From: a virus
Taxonomy: Duplodnaviria > Caudoviricetes
Length of the DNA stretch: 50,872 bases
Strand: one strand, 5' to 3'
IMG/VR virus record: IMGVR_UViG_3300034072_001527
Location: 1-50,872 of that record
Position numbers and translations under genes: made by a program. The notes beneath the pieces were generated by a model, which was not told the origin of the DNA, did not search any database, and saw only the letters and a list, made by a program, of their open reading frames with translations. Positions within the stretch are counted from its first letter, which is position 1. The number at the start of each line of letters is the position of its first letter. This document shows positions 9,553 to 20,082 of this stretch, one piece after another.

Positions 9553-12500
9553 TCAGATCGGTGATCGTGCGCTCGCCGCGCCCGTCGCAAGGTCAAATTT
9601 CTGCTGGTCGATCGCGTCGAACAGGGGCGTTCCCATCACGCCGTCCTGCTCGGCCGCGGCGCGCAACGGGGCCTCGGCGCCGAGCTGCGCTTCTTGGCGC
9701 TGACGCGCCGCGATGTTGGGATCAGCCTCTGTCAGCTGGCGGATATCGTGCCAGGCGCTCTCGGCCGACGCGACAATGGCGGGGCTGTCAGCCTCGGCAA
9801 AACGCGGATCGGGATCGGGGGGAAGATCGGTGTGGTCGCTGCGCGGCCGGGCGGCAATCGCCTCGTCGCGCTCGCGGGCATTCAGCCCCTGGCTGTCAAG
9901 CTCCGCTCGACCATCTGCAGGGCTTGCGCCGTCGCCTTGGCCCGCTGGCGCACCTCCGGCGTCATCCGGCTGTCCTGCGCCATCTGCTCCATCTGCACGA
10001 CCGCGCGCTCGTGCGGCCTCAAAGCGGGCGTCGAACTCGGCATCCCATTGCGGGTTCCAGGGGTCATAATAGGTGTACTCCTGCGCGAGCTCGGCGTGGA
10101 CAGCCAACGCGATCAGCTCGTCATACTCGTCTTGCGCCGCCTGCGCAACGGCGTGCATCGGCTCGAGCCCGCGGCCGTTCGCCCACAGCAGCGCCGCGCG
10201 ATCGAGCAGCGGGCCCTCGGGCAGCTCCTCGATCGCATGGCCGTAATCGGCCCAGTCGAGCCGGAACTGATCATTGATCGAAGGCGCGTCATCAGCCGCC
10301 TCGTCGGCCGCGCGCACCAGTCCGCCGAACTCGCCCTCGGTCGCGCCTTCGAGCTTGTACTCGGCAAGCCGCCCCCAATCGTCCATCCGGTAACGCGGCG
10401 CGCCGGCCAGCTCCTGGTCGATCGCCGCCAGCAACAGGCCGGCCTCGTCGAGCAGCTCGTCATAGCCGTTCTCGGCCATGCCTTCGAACTCGGGGAAATA
10501 GCCCGCCTCGCGCGCGTCGCGGAAAGCCGTGTCGAGGCCATAGACCCCTTCACCCGACACCACCCCGCCGCCATCCTGACGCGCGTTGCGAATGATCTTG
10601 CGCCCCATCCGCCGGTCGCTGTTGCGGATCCCCAGCGCGCGCAGATCCCCGCCCGTGTCGTTGATCCCGCCGCGCTCGGCCAGGAACTCGAGCAGCGTGC
10701 GGGGCCGCTTGGTGTTGGCGATCGTCTCGGGCGCGGCGGCCTTGCGCATGAAGGTGCCGGTCTTGCTGTTCTGCGTCAGCACGCCGCGCTCGACCAGCGC
10801 CTGCAGCGCCGCCTTGATCGTCACCTCGTCGGTGCCCAGCTCCTCGGCAAGCGCGGCGAACTGGTTCAGCGAGCGGCCGGGCGTGTTGACGATATCGACA
10901 AGCGGCAGCGCCACCGGCTCGAGCTCGGGCGGCAAGCCGCTCGGAACGCGCGACGGCGGCACCAGCGCGCTCACCGGCCGCTCGGCATCCAGCGCCGGAT
11001 CGCGCAGCGGCGGATTGTCGGGCGCCAGCGGCACCGGGCTGCGCTCGGCCGGATCGCCCATCTTGCCGCGGATGGTCTCGATCGCCTCGCCCACGGTCTT
11101 GCCGCCGCCGAGATAGGTCGGGTTCTGGCGGATCGCCTGGGCCGAGAAGAACGCGCTCACTGGCGCATCGCGCGGCGCGCGCAGCAGCTCGACCGCCTTG
11201 CCCGCTCCGGCAAAGTGGGCAAGGTAGAGATTGCCGGCATCGGCCGGCAGGCCCGCACGCGCCAGCGCGGCCGCGTTGTCGTCGAGCAGGCGATCCATCA
11301 GCCGCTCCTGGACGTTGACGTCGAAGCGGTTGCCCGCCCAGGCGCGCTGTGCCGCCGCCTCGCTTACCCCGTATTCGCGCTGATAGAGCCGCACGAAGGT
11401 GCTCTCGATAAACTGGTAACGGCCGGCCGCGCTCGATCCGGCGCGGTTGACGGCGAAGTCATCGCCGGCACTTTCCGGCCCGCGGATCGCGGCCTTCACG
11501 CCTTCGCGATCAAAACCGCCGCCGCCATTGCCTGCCCGCACCGGCGCGGCCGGGACAGGCGACACGCCGGCCGCCTCGATCTCGACCTGCCCGGGCACGC
11601 GCCCGGCCTCGAGCGCGTCAAGCGCGGTCTGCAGCTTGCCGGCATGGGCATCGAGCGCGTCATAGGTGTCGACGAAAGGATTGGCCGCGCGGATCTCTTC
11701 CGAACGGTTGATGATGAACAGCGCGGCGTCCTGCTCGGGCGTGCGCAGGTGCTGGGGCACCATCTCGGCAAAGGCCCGCGCCAGCTCCTTGTCGGGCAGG
11801 TTGGGATCGATCATCCGCCGCACGGGCTGGATCACGTTGTCGTTGAGCGCGCGGCCGGCCACGGGCGCAACATCTATCCCGCCGCGGATCGCTGCGCCGC
11901 CGGCAAAGGCAAAGCCGACGTCGGCAATGCCCTGTTCGAGAGTGTATTCCTCGCCCAGATTGGCGTAATCCTGCGGCCTGTCCTTGACCTGATACAATTC
12001 GACGCCGGCATTGACCGCACCGTCGAGCAGCATGTTGCGCCAAATGCTTGAGGTCGCACCGACCGGGATCAACGCCGAATAGGCATTGACCGGATCGGCG
12101 AAACTGCCGATCACGCCGCCGGTGAATTGTGCGACGGTCCCGACGATCCCGCCGCCCCGAGCCAACGTCTCCTGGTCGCGCGCACGCTCGCCCTGTCGCG
12201 TATAGGCGTTACGATCGAACTGCTCCTGCTGCTCGGGCAGTCCTTGCAACCCGGCTTGCTTGGCGAGCCGCCAGATCTTGTCGAAATCGGGCGGACCGTT
12301 ACCGAGGTCGATACCGAACAGCGAAGGGCGCGCCTGCAGGTCGCGCGGATTGACCCCGCGCTCGACCAGCGCATCGATCAGCGGGCGATAGGCCTCGGCA
12401 CGGCGCAGCAGTTGGTGGTCGTCGACCGTGTCGACCTGAACGCGCACCGCAGCGGCGGCCTGGTCCAGCACGCCAGGCGCGTCGCGCGTGTCGACCGGCT

Positions 12501-12558
12501 CGCCGCTGGGAACGCGCTGCACCGCGCCGGGATCGAAGTCGAGGACCGGGCGGCTCAT
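9553..12558 (-). CDS. Internal virion protein with lytic transglycosylase-like domain; C-terminus probably frameshifted near 9588
   Basis: Start MSRPVLDF coupled to the upstream stop; lysozyme-fold motif GPESAG...SSAAGRYQFIESTF; an alternative frame continues to a stop at 9494. Confidence 0.75.
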   Translation of the reverse strand: MSRPVLDFDPGAVQRVPSGEPVDTRDAPGVLDQAAAAVRVQVDTVDDHQLLRRAEAYRPLIDALVERGVNPRDLQARPSLFGIDLGNGPPDFDKIWRLAKQAGLQGLPEQQEQFDRNAYTRQGERARDQETLARGGGIVGTVAQFTGGVIGSFADPVNAYSALIPVGATSSIWRNMLLDGAVNAGVELYQVKDRPQDYANLGEEYTLEQGIADVGFAFAGGAAIRGGIDVAPVAGRALNDNVIQPVRRMIDPNLPDKELARAFAEMVPQHLRTPEQDAALFIINRSEEIRAANPFVDTYDALDAHAGKLQTALDALEAGRVPGQVEIEAAGVSPVPAAPVRAGNGGGGFDREGVKAAIRGPESAGDDFAVNRAGSSAAGRYQFIESTFVRLYQREYGVSEAAAQRAWAGNRFDVNVQERLMDRLLDDNAAALARAGLPADAGNLYLAHFAGAGKAVELLRAPRDAPVSAFFSAQAIRQNPTYLGGGKTVGEAIETIRGKMGDPAERSPVPLAPDNPPLRDPALDAERPVSALVPPSRVPSGLPPELEPVALPLVDIVNTPGRSLNQFAALAEELGTDEVTIKAALQALVERGVLTQNSKTGTFMRKAAAPETIANTKRPRTLLEFLAERGGINDTGGDLRALGIRNSDRRMGRKIIRNARQDGGGVVSGEGVYGLDTAFRDAREAGYFPEFEGMAENGYDELLDEAGLLLAAIDQELAGAPRYRMDDWGRLAEYKLEGATEGEFGGLVRAADEAADDAPSINDQFRLDWADYGHAIEELPEGPLLDRAALLWANGRGLEPMHAVAQAAQDEYDELIALAVHAELAQEYTYYDPWNPQWDAEFDARFEAARARGRADGADGAGQPDDAGGAPAGQGDGASPADGRAELDSQGLNARERDEAIAARPRSDHTDLPPDPDPRFAEADSPAIVASAESAWHDIRQLTEADPNIAARQRQEAQLGAEAPLRAAAEQDGVMGTPLFDAIDQQKFDLATGAASARSPI

Positions 12559-14510
12559 CGCGGCCTCACCGTCACGCGGTAGAGCTTGCCGCTCTTGCGC
12601 CGCACCGGATCGCCCGCCGCGTTGCGGAACTCGTAAACGCCCTCGCCGACCTCGACGGGCGCAAGCCGGAACAGGTTGGCCGTGCTGCCGTCGGGGTTGA
12701 CCGGCGGATCCTGCGTTGCCTGCACTGCGCGCGTGACCGCGGCGGTGAAGCCGCGATGCGTCACGCCTTCGGGCAGGCGATAGGTGCTCTCGCCCCATTT
12801 GCCGAGCCCGCCGGCCCAGCCATCGGGCGTCTTGACCCCGCCCACCGCCAGCTGCAGGCTGGTCTGCCACAGCGCCGGCGTCATCGTCTCGCCGAACTTG
12901 TCGACCTGCCCCGCCGCGATCTGCTTGGCCGTCTCGAAAATCGCCGCGCGCTGTTCGGGCGGGGCAAAGCGCAGCGCCTGCTCGAAGGCGAGCCGCTCGC
13001 TGGTGTAGGCCTCGTTGAGATCGGGATCGTCCTCGAGCATCTTGAACAGCAGGCTCTTGTCCGCGCGCAGCGCCTCGCGGCCGCGCCGCGCCATGTTGCG
13101 CACACCGGGTTGCAAGGTGGCGATGATCGGCAGGGTGCGATCGTTGGGCTCGATCCGCCGCGCGCTTTCCATCGCCTGCTCCGGCGGCAACGCGGACAGG
13201 ATCGAAAGCACCTGCTCCTCGCCCGAACGCCCGCTGTCGTAGAGCGTGCCGAGCTCGCGCATCTCCACCGCCGTAAAGGCCGGAAGCCGCTGGCCCTGCG
13301 CTGCACGGGCGGCGGCCCATTTACCGCGCGCCGCAATGCTCGCCGGATCGGTGAAATCGATCGGCGGCGGCGCACCATTGCCCCCGCGCGCCGCCGCCTG
13401 CCCCACCGGATCGCGCGCTTCCTCGGCCGCCCAGATGCCGTTGTGCTGACGCAGGAACGCCAGCTCGCGGTTTTCGCTGTCGCTGCGTGCCGGCTTGCTG
13501 GCCAGCTCCGCAAGGCGGTTCTCGCGCTGCAGCGCGGTCGCGTTCTCCGGCCCCCATATCCGCACGAATTGCTGGTTGGCCTTGAGCCCCTCGAGCTCGA
13601 GCGCAAGGCTCTTGTCCCCCACCGCCAGCGCGCCGGCGATCGCCTGGTCGAATTGGCCAGGGTCGGTCACCAGGCCTTGCTGCTCGGCTTCCTTGAAGGT
13701 CTGCAGGTTCTCGCGCAGCACCGCCACCTGCTCGGCTTTTTCGCGCTCGGCCGCGGCCTCGTAACGCCGGATCTCCACCGCGCTCGAATCGCGCAGCGCC
13801 TCGACCTGGTCGCCTGTCAGTACCCCGTCAAAGCCGCCGCTATCGATCAGCGCCTGCGCCGCGGCCGGATCGCGGTCGATCATGCCGCGCAGATAGGACA
13901 CGGCGAGCCGCTGCTCGGCCTCGTCGGCGAGCTTGTCCTTGACCGCGTCGGACACCGCCAGCCCGGCGATCGCGTCCATCTGGATCTTGACCTCGGCGGC
14001 ATAGTCGCCTGGGCTTTCGAGCCGCCGCACCCGGCCCTCTGCAATTCCGAACTGCTCCTGGTGGCGCTCGACCACGATCTCGCTCTGGCGCAGATCTTCC
14101 CAGTCCGCCTCGCGCGCGCGGAAGCTCGCGCCCCATTCGGATAGCGTGCCCTGCGCCCGCTCTTTCAGCCGCGTGCTGGTCAGCTTGCCGAGCAGCGCGC
14201 CCTCGCGCTTCTGCCATTCCTCGGCGATGCGTGCGGCATGGCCGGGATCGTCGCTCTTGCGGCCTTCGCGCGCGGCGGCCGCCAGCTCCTCGCGGGTCAG
14301 CGCGAAATCGGTTTGGAACGCGGCCCACTCGCTGTTGTCGCGCAAGCTTCGGTCGAGCCGGGCATCCTCGATCCGCTCCGAATGCAGCACCTCGCCGGCC
14401 TGCTCGATCGCGCGGCCAAGCCCGGCGCCAAACGCATCGGCCGAGACACCGGGAAGCGGCGCCCCTGCCTGCACGCGGACGCGGCTTTCGTATCCGCGCT
14501 CCTCAACCAT
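12555..14510 (-). CDS. Internal virion protein
   Basis: About 650 aa, helical and charged; position in the ejection-protein cluster. Confidence 0.7.
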   Translation of the reverse strand: MVEERGYESRVRVQAGAPLPGVSADAFGAGLGRAIEQAGEVLHSERIEDARLDRSLRDNSEWAAFQTDFALTREELAAAAREGRKSDDPGHAARIAEEWQKREGALLGKLTSTRLKERAQGTLSEWGASFRAREADWEDLRQSEIVVERHQEQFGIAEGRVRRLESPGDYAAEVKIQMDAIAGLAVSDAVKDKLADEAEQRLAVSYLRGMIDRDPAAAQALIDSGGFDGVLTGDQVEALRDSSAVEIRRYEAAAEREKAEQVAVLRENLQTFKEAEQQGLVTDPGQFDQAIAGALAVGDKSLALELEGLKANQQFVRIWGPENATALQRENRLAELASKPARSDSENRELAFLRQHNGIWAAEEARDPVGQAAARGGNGAPPPIDFTDPASIAARGKWAAARAAQGQRLPAFTAVEMRELGTLYDSGRSGEEQVLSILSALPPEQAMESARRIEPNDRTLPIIATLQPGVRNMARRGREALRADKSLLFKMLEDDPDLNEAYTSERLAFEQALRFAPPEQRAAIFETAKQIAAGQVDKFGETMTPALWQTSLQLAVGGVKTPDGWAGGLGKWGESTYRLPEGVTHRGFTAAVTRAVQATQDPPVNPDGSTANLFRLAPVEVGEGVYEFRNAAGDPVRRKSGKLYRVTVRPR

Positions 14511-14943
14511 CAGCCCGGCGCTCCTGCGCCCAGTCATTGCTCATCTTTGCGGCCGAGCTGCCCGCGCCAAGAATTCCCGAAATCAGTGCAAAGGTGCCTT
14601 CGCGGCTTGCGTCGCGCGCTTGCGCACGCAGCGATCGCGCGCGCAGCTCGCCTTGCCGGCGCAGCTCCATCACGTCGAGCGCCGCCTCGATCTGGCTCTG
14701 GCGCAGCGCGTCGAGCGCCGTGCCGCTGCCGCCTTCAAGGCCGTTGGAAACCTGCGCCGCCAGCTGCTCGCCGATCACCGAGCGGGCTTCGTCTTTGGTG
14801 CGGCGGATCTCGGCCGCCGTCGAGCGCCGCTCTTCCTGCGCCTGCTGACGGAGCCGCTTGGCATTGCTCTTGCCGGCCATGAACCCGCCGACGCCCTGCA
14901 CGACGTTGCCGGCCGCCTGGAGGAAAGGGAGCGCCTGCGCCAT
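14503..14943 (-). CDS. Small internal virion protein (T7 gp14/P22 gp7-like position)
   Basis: MAQALPFLQAAGNVVQGVGG...; Gly/Ala/Gln-rich with hydrophobic ends. Confidence 0.7.
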   Translation of the reverse strand: MAQALPFLQAAGNVVQGVGGFMAGKSNAKRLRQQAQEERRSTAAEIRRTKDEARSVIGEQLAAQVSNGLEGGSGTALDALRQSQIEAALDVMELRRQGELRARSLRAQARDASREGTFALISGILGAGSSAAKMSNDWAQERRADG

Positions 14944-15488
14944 TAAGCGATCCTCTCGAACAGCATGTAAGTTTCGCTTGCCCCGCCGAACTTGCGCAGC
15001 ACGTGCGCCGGCTCGAAGCCGAGCATCACCGCCCAACGGCATTCGGGCGTCGGCTCGGTCATCGACGCGCGCACCAGCATCGCGGTGTCGACCGGGAAGC
15101 CCTCGCGCAGCGCGAAATCGCGGAAACTCTCGACGTCGACAGCCTTGGCGATCAGCTCGATCCGTTGCAGGCCCGCGGCTTCCACCTGGCGGCGCATGAA
15201 GCGGGTCAGCGCCAGGTGATCCTTGCCGACCGGGCTCGACAGCATCGCCCAGGCAACGCCCTGCACGCCCCGGCCGAGGAGATCGTCGAAGGTTTCGTGG
15301 ATCCCGAAACAGGCGAGGATCGAACCGTCCGCTCGCCGTGCGGTCCAGGCAACCGGCTGCGCTGCCAACAACAGCGCGTTCTCGTGATCGATCTCGCACG
15401 GCGCGCCCATCCAGGTGCGCTGGCTCGGCTGCTGCTCGATCGCCAGCAGGTCATCGGGCTCGAGCGGGGAGAAGCGGACCTCACGCAT
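14943..15488 (-). CDS. GNAT-like virion assembly protein (T7 gp13-like position)
   Basis: 181 aa with ILACFG and RWAVMLGFE; lies between the nozzle and the ejection proteins. Confidence 0.55.
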   Translation of the reverse strand: MREVRFSPLEPDDLLAIEQQPSQRTWMGAPCEIDHENALLLAAQPVAWTARRADGSILACFGIHETFDDLLGRGVQGVAWAMLSSPVGKDHLALTRFMRRQVEAAGLQRIELIAKAVDVESFRDFALREGFPVDTAMLVRASMTEPTPECRWAVMLGFEPAHVLRKFGGASETYMLFERIA

Positions 15489-17724
15489 CGGCTGCGCTCA
15501 CGTCAAGGTTGAGCGCGGCGAGCGTGATCGTCGCCGGCAGGGGCCTGTCGCTGATCCAGCTCACGCGGCCTTCGCGGTCGAACTGGGCATCGACAAGGCC
15601 TTCCTCGGTATCGCCGGAAAACAGCGGGATCTGCTGGTCCATCAGCTGTCCGCCGCGCCGCGGCAACAGATCCTCGCCCGCCGCCCCGGGCGCTGCGATC
15701 TTGAGGCCAAGCGTCTCGAGCAGCCGCGTCACGGTCTTGACGACGCGCTGGCGCAGGCCGGCCGTGCTGCCCCGACCGTCGCGCAGCTCGGGCCGCATGG
15801 AGGTAGCGGTGGCGGTATAGGCGAGGCCGACAATCAGGGTGAAGGCAGACGCCGGAACCACGTCGGAAGGCAGTGTCAACGTCCCGTCGGCCGCGACGGT
15901 GAGGCCAGGCACCACCACCCCGTTGCACAGCACCGCAACCTGCTGCGAGGCGAGATGCGGCACGCTGACACTGTCCGATCCGCCCGACAGCGCAAAGCGC
16001 ACGCCCCCGTCGACATAGAAGCTCGCGGTCGTGGCCTCGCCCAGCTCGCGCCACTTGGACTGTTTCCAAATCTCCCGCACCGTGTTCTCGGCCCCGTCCT
16101 CGCGCTCGACCAGTACCCACAGGTCATCGCGCTTGCCGTCAGCGCCGACCACTGACACGGCCGACAGCGCCCGCGCGCCGCCGCCAAGCTTGAAGCGCGT
16201 CCATCCGCGGATTTCCCCGCGGGTCTTGGCATGGACGATCAGCTCGCCGTCGCCGCGCACTGCAAAGGCCAAAGCGTGCGGCACACGCTGGAAACCCAAC
16301 TGCACCAGGCCACCGGCGGTGATGTGGCGGCTCGTGGCATTGAGATCGGGCGCGTCATAGCGATCGCGCCCGAAATCGTAATCGGCCGCGCGCACCCGGC
16401 GGCCGCCGCGCTCGACGAACAGCGTCTCGGTGCCGATCGTCACCGGGAACACCTGCTCGCTGCCGTAATAGCTTTGCGGCTCGGCCTCGATATTGACGCC
16501 GGAAAAGGCCGTGCTGTCATTCTGCGGGCCGATCGCCATCTCGAGATTGGCGGTGCCGATCAGCAGCCGCCGGTCGGCACTCACCCACACCGGCGGATCC
16601 GCAAGGCCGATGGTGCGCCGGAAAGCAAGATCTGCCTCGATCAGGCCGCTATCGGTGAACTGCGAGAAATTGACACGCCCGCCACCATAGTCCCCGGCGA
16701 CCGAGCCGATGATATCGATCCCCTTGAAGTGGATCAGCCGGCCCTTGTAGATCGTCACCAGCTCCGGCCAGCCCTCGGCATTGCTGAAAGCCTGGTGCGC
16801 CCACTTGTAGCTGGCAACGCTGGTCAGGCTGTCGGGCAGGCGGCGGATGACCGTCGCGGTCGCGCTTGAGGCGCTGGCCACGGTCGCGATCTCGACGATC
16901 CCGAAGCGATCGTGGAGATAGGTCCACTTGACGCCGTAAGGCCCCTTGTCGTTGAGCAGATCGTTGGTCAGCTGCCCGTCGAAGAAGCTGCCCTCGGAGT
17001 GCTCGGGTTCGACCGATCCGGTGGTGCCGGCGGTCGCCGCGATATAGACCTTGCCGCGATTGCGCACCTTGTCGTTGATCGCCACGTCTTTCATGCCGGG
17101 CTCCCACTGGGGGATATTGGCAAAGTCCAGCGCTTCGATGCGCAGCAGCGCGCCGACATGGTTGGCGGTGAAGCCGGCGTTGCCGGTCAGCGTGACCGTC
17201 CCGGTGGTGGCGCTTGCGGTCAGCGTGCGCGTCTCGTCGGTGTTGGTATCGAGGAACGGGCCGTTCTCGTTGTCGATCGTCTCGAAAGTGAAGGTGGTCG
17301 GCGTGTCCCGGCGCAGCGCCGAAGGCGGGTGCGAGGGGTGATCGAGGTACTGGCGCTCGAAGCTTTGCTGTGCCGAGACATAGGGCACCTCGGCCGCGGC
17401 ATAGGGCGTCGTGACCTCGTAAGGCACGCCGGGGCTGCTCTCGATCGGCTCCTCGTTGGTGTAGAAGCGGACCTTCTCCTCGCCCCATTCGAGCACATAT
17501 TCCTGCTCGATCGAAGGACGGAAGGCCGTCAGCCAGACAGACGTGTCATCGGCTGCCTGCACGAATTCGAAGCCCTGGCGCTTGACCAGCGGGCCCTCGT
17601 TGATCGCCACCCAGTTTTCACACAGCGACAGGCCGAAGGCATATTGATCGGTGTCGATCCGCCCGTCGAGATGCGGGTCGAGCTCGCCCGCCATGAAGCC
17701 GGTCAGGATATGCCGCCGCGTCAT
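15481..17724 (-). CDS. Tail tubular protein B (nozzle)
   Basis: 747 aa beta-rich; N-terminal FMAGELDP...GPLVKRQG typical of podoviral nozzle proteins. Confidence 0.85.
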   Translation of the reverse strand: MTRRHILTGFMAGELDPHLDGRIDTDQYAFGLSLCENWVAINEGPLVKRQGFEFVQAADDTSVWLTAFRPSIEQEYVLEWGEEKVRFYTNEEPIESSPGVPYEVTTPYAAAEVPYVSAQQSFERQYLDHPSHPPSALRRDTPTTFTFETIDNENGPFLDTNTDETRTLTASATTGTVTLTGNAGFTANHVGALLRIEALDFANIPQWEPGMKDVAINDKVRNRGKVYIAATAGTTGSVEPEHSEGSFFDGQLTNDLLNDKGPYGVKWTYLHDRFGIVEIATVASASSATATVIRRLPDSLTSVASYKWAHQAFSNAEGWPELVTIYKGRLIHFKGIDIIGSVAGDYGGGRVNFSQFTDSGLIEADLAFRRTIGLADPPVWVSADRRLLIGTANLEMAIGPQNDSTAFSGVNIEAEPQSYYGSEQVFPVTIGTETLFVERGGRRVRAADYDFGRDRYDAPDLNATSRHITAGGLVQLGFQRVPHALAFAVRGDGELIVHAKTRGEIRGWTRFKLGGGARALSAVSVVGADGKRDDLWVLVEREDGAENTVREIWKQSKWRELGEATTASFYVDGGVRFALSGGSDSVSVPHLASQQVAVLCNGVVVPGLTVAADGTLTLPSDVVPASAFTLIVGLAYTATATSMRPELRDGRGSTAGLRQRVVKTVTRLLETLGLKIAAPGAAGEDLLPRRGGQLMDQQIPLFSGDTEEGLVDAQFDREGRVSWISDRPLPATITLAALNLDVSAADA

Positions 17725-18335
17725 CGGTACGGGAACCCGTCGAGATGCAGCAGGTCAGGCGCATAGCCGAGCCAGCGCGAGGTGATGTATTCGCTTTCGT
17801 AAGGCTGGATCGGCGGATTTTCCATCGCATCGGACTGGCGCGCCTCAGCCAGGGCCTTGCGATACTTCTCCCAGTTGAGCTCTTCCTTGAACACGCTGCC
17901 CGCGATGCGGTTGCCAATCGCGCAGGCGATCCGCAAGGCAAAGGCCTTGGCAAACAGCGGATCGAACTCGGCCGGCTCGGTGACGTTGCGCAGGTAACGG
18001 ATCTTCAGCGGGCCAGTGGCATCGGCGAGGATCTTGCGCCCCTCGAGCTGCCAGCGATCGCGCGACAGCTCGTAGATCTCGATCAGACGCAGGCAATCGG
18101 CCGGCAACTGGAATGCGGTGGTGAAACCGTGCGAAGGCGCGTCCTCGAGCGCCGCGATCTGGTCGCGCTTGATCGCGAAATTCCAGGCGCCGTCGCGCAG
18201 CGCGGCAAGCCGCTCGATTTCCCACACCGAAGCCACAGCGCGCCCGAGCGTGGTATCGTCGCCAGGCGTCGTCAGCCGGGCGGCGGTGCCGATCGTGATC
18301 GCTGCGTTATTGGCGATGGCAACATAACTCGACAC
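17721..18335 (-). CDS. Tail tubular protein A (adaptor)
   Basis: IANNAAITIG...WNFAIKR...FQLPADCLR...FDPLF pattern. Confidence 0.85.
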   Translation of the reverse strand: MSSYVAIANNAAITIGTAARLTTPGDDTTLGRAVASVWEIERLAALRDGAWNFAIKRDQIAALEDAPSHGFTTAFQLPADCLRLIEIYELSRDRWQLEGRKILADATGPLKIRYLRNVTEPAEFDPLFAKAFALRIACAIGNRIAGSVFKEELNWEKYRKALAEARQSDAMENPPIQPYESEYITSRWLGYAPDLLHLDGFPYR

Positions 18336-18357
18336 CCGGGCGGTCCTCCCCGCCCGA

Positions 18358-18555
18358 TTACAGCGGCGGCCAGGGCGCCGAGAGTACCTTGTCCTTGATC
18401 TTGTCGATCAGGTGGATCGCCTCGGCCCGCCCCATGGCGGCCAGGTCGATATTGATGCTGATCGTGTCGCTCTGCGCCTCGGCATCGCCGCTGGCGATCG
18501 CCACGTCGGCGCTTCCGGTGCTGCCATACTGGGCGGTGTACTTGTAGGCTGCCAT
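18358..18555 (-). CDS. Hypothetical 65-aa protein
   Basis: AAGGAG RBS and high-GC3 codon usage. Confidence 0.65.
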   Translation of the reverse strand: MAAYKYTAQYGSTGSADVAIASGDAEAQSDTISINIDLAAMGRAEAIHLIDKIKDKVLSAPWPPL

Positions 18556-18669
18556 GATCAGCTCCTTGCCGAAATCCGAAGGGGGAGGCCGCTCGCAACT
18601 CCGACGCAGCGCGCAGCCTCCCCGCGGGGTGCCCGGGCGAACTCGCCACGCCCGGGCTGTTCGCTACGA

Positions 18670-19110
18670 TCAGGTGACCCCGATCGTCTCGACGATGAAC
18701 GACAGCTCGACCGCCGAACCGATATCGGTGGTGAGGATCGTCGCGTAGAGATCCTCTTCCGCCCCCGGATCGTCGTCCATGGCCGCAGCCATCACGCCGA
18801 TCTCGGTCACCCGATTGGTGGTGGTCAGCGTTGCGCCGTCCACATACTTGTCGGGATCAGCCGCGGTGCCGACGTCGATCGTGGTGGTCGACAGGCTCGT
18901 GCCGGTCACCAGCTTGATCGAAACGACCTTGTGACCGGCCGGCTTGATGCCGAGGCGGACAGTGTCGTTGACGGCCCAGGTGGTGCCGGTGACCTTGCTG
19001 AAAATGCTGGTCCGCGTGCTGCCGCCGACTTCGCCGCCATCGGCCAGCTTGGCCGGGATCAGCGTGCCGTCGGTAACGCCGACCAGCTGCTTGGGAGTGC
19101 GCTCTGCCAT
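18670..19110 (-). CDS. Capsid decoration/minor capsid protein
   Basis: 146 aa beta-rich (TIDVGTAADPDKY); directly after the capsid gene; AAGGAG RBS. Confidence 0.65.
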   Translation of the reverse strand: MAERTPKQLVGVTDGTLIPAKLADGGEVGGSTRTSIFSKVTGTTWAVNDTVRLGIKPAGHKVVSIKLVTGTSLSTTTIDVGTAADPDKYVDGATLTTTNRVTEIGVMAAAMDDDPGAEEDLYATILTTDIGSAVELSFIVETIGVT

Positions 19111-19155
19111 GTCAGGCTCCTTTCGTTCGCTTTCGCTTCGCTACTTGAGCGGGCC

Positions 19156-20082
19156 TTAGGCCTTGACGTTGAGGACAATCCCGCAGCGGCCCGCTTGGGT
19201 GCGGGTCGAAGCGAGGGTGGTGCCGCCGAAGGTGCCCTGATTGAAGCGCAGCTCGGGGATCAGGCCGACATGGCTGCGCAGGCGCTGCCAGTAATTGGCC
19301 ACGAGGCCGCCCTTCACCCAGAACGGGTTGCGGCGGAAACCCGAACCATTCGTGGCGAGGCCGGGAATGGTGTCGAGGTTGGGATCGTCGAGCTCGACAT
19401 GGATAAAGTGGAAGCTGAGCATCCGCACCAGGTTGCCGTTCTCGTCGACCTGCGCGCCGAACGCCTTCTGGAAGTCGGTGCTGGTCGCCGGCACTTCGTC
19501 GAGCAGCGCGTCATTGTCCTCTTCGGTGAGGATCATGTAGCGCTTCATCGTCTTGTCGTTGAAGTTCTCGCCGAGATACTTCTTCGCCTCGCGCAGCTTC
19601 TTGGTGTTCATGGGCTGGTTGCCGCTCGCGCCGCCGGTGGTCACCGGGATCTCGGCCGCGCCCGGGAAGGCGGTGCTGGTGGTGCCGGCCTTGCCGCTGA
19701 TGATCGGGCCATAGAAGCCCTCGAGCACGCGCTGGATGCGGGCCCGGTTCAGCGTCGCCGCAGTCACCATCGTGGCCGCGCCGTCGAGGTTGATCGAGGT
19801 CGCCAGCTTGTCGGCATTCTCGATCAGCATCGCCTCGTAAAGCTCGTTGGGCTTGGGGATCCACACCCCGTCATTGTCGGGGTTGTCCCACACGGTGCGG
19901 CCGTTGCGTTCGGTGGCTTCCTTCGCGCGCTTGGCCGCGAAAATATCCTTCACCTTGACCTTCTCGGCCGAGGCATCATCGGTCCACACGACGGCTTCTG
20001 CCAGCATCGGGTCCATGCCCTGCTGCAGCACCATCTCGACATTGTTCTGGAACTTGACCTGGTAGGCGTTCTCGACGCTCAT
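19156..20082 (-). CDS. Major capsid protein
   Basis: 308 aa starting AYQVKFQNNVEMVLQQ; follows the scaffold; GGAGG RBS; strong codon bias. Confidence 0.85.
   Translation of the reverse strand: MSVENAYQVKFQNNVEMVLQQGMDPMLAEAVVWTDDASAEKVKVKDIFAAKRAKEATERNGRTVWDNPDNDGVWIPKPNELYEAMLIENADKLATSINLDGAATMVTAATLNRARIQRVLEGFYGPIISGKAGTTSTAFPGAAEIPVTTGGASGNQPMNTKKLREAKKYLGENFNDKTMKRYMILTEEDNDALLDEVPATSTDFQKAFGAQVDENGNLVRMLSFHFIHVELDDPNLDTIPGLATNGSGFRRNPFWVKGGLVANYWQRLRSHVGLIPELRFNQGTFGGTTLASTRTQAGRCGIVLNVKA

Noticed and set aside
12559-13320. N-terminal extension of the 1255-aa ORF
   Set aside because: Overlaps the upstream gene out of frame; ATG 12558 has an RBS and stop-start coupling.
18580-18660. 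Rho-independent terminator after the decoration gene
   Set aside because: GC hairpins are present but there is no U-tract on the coding strand.
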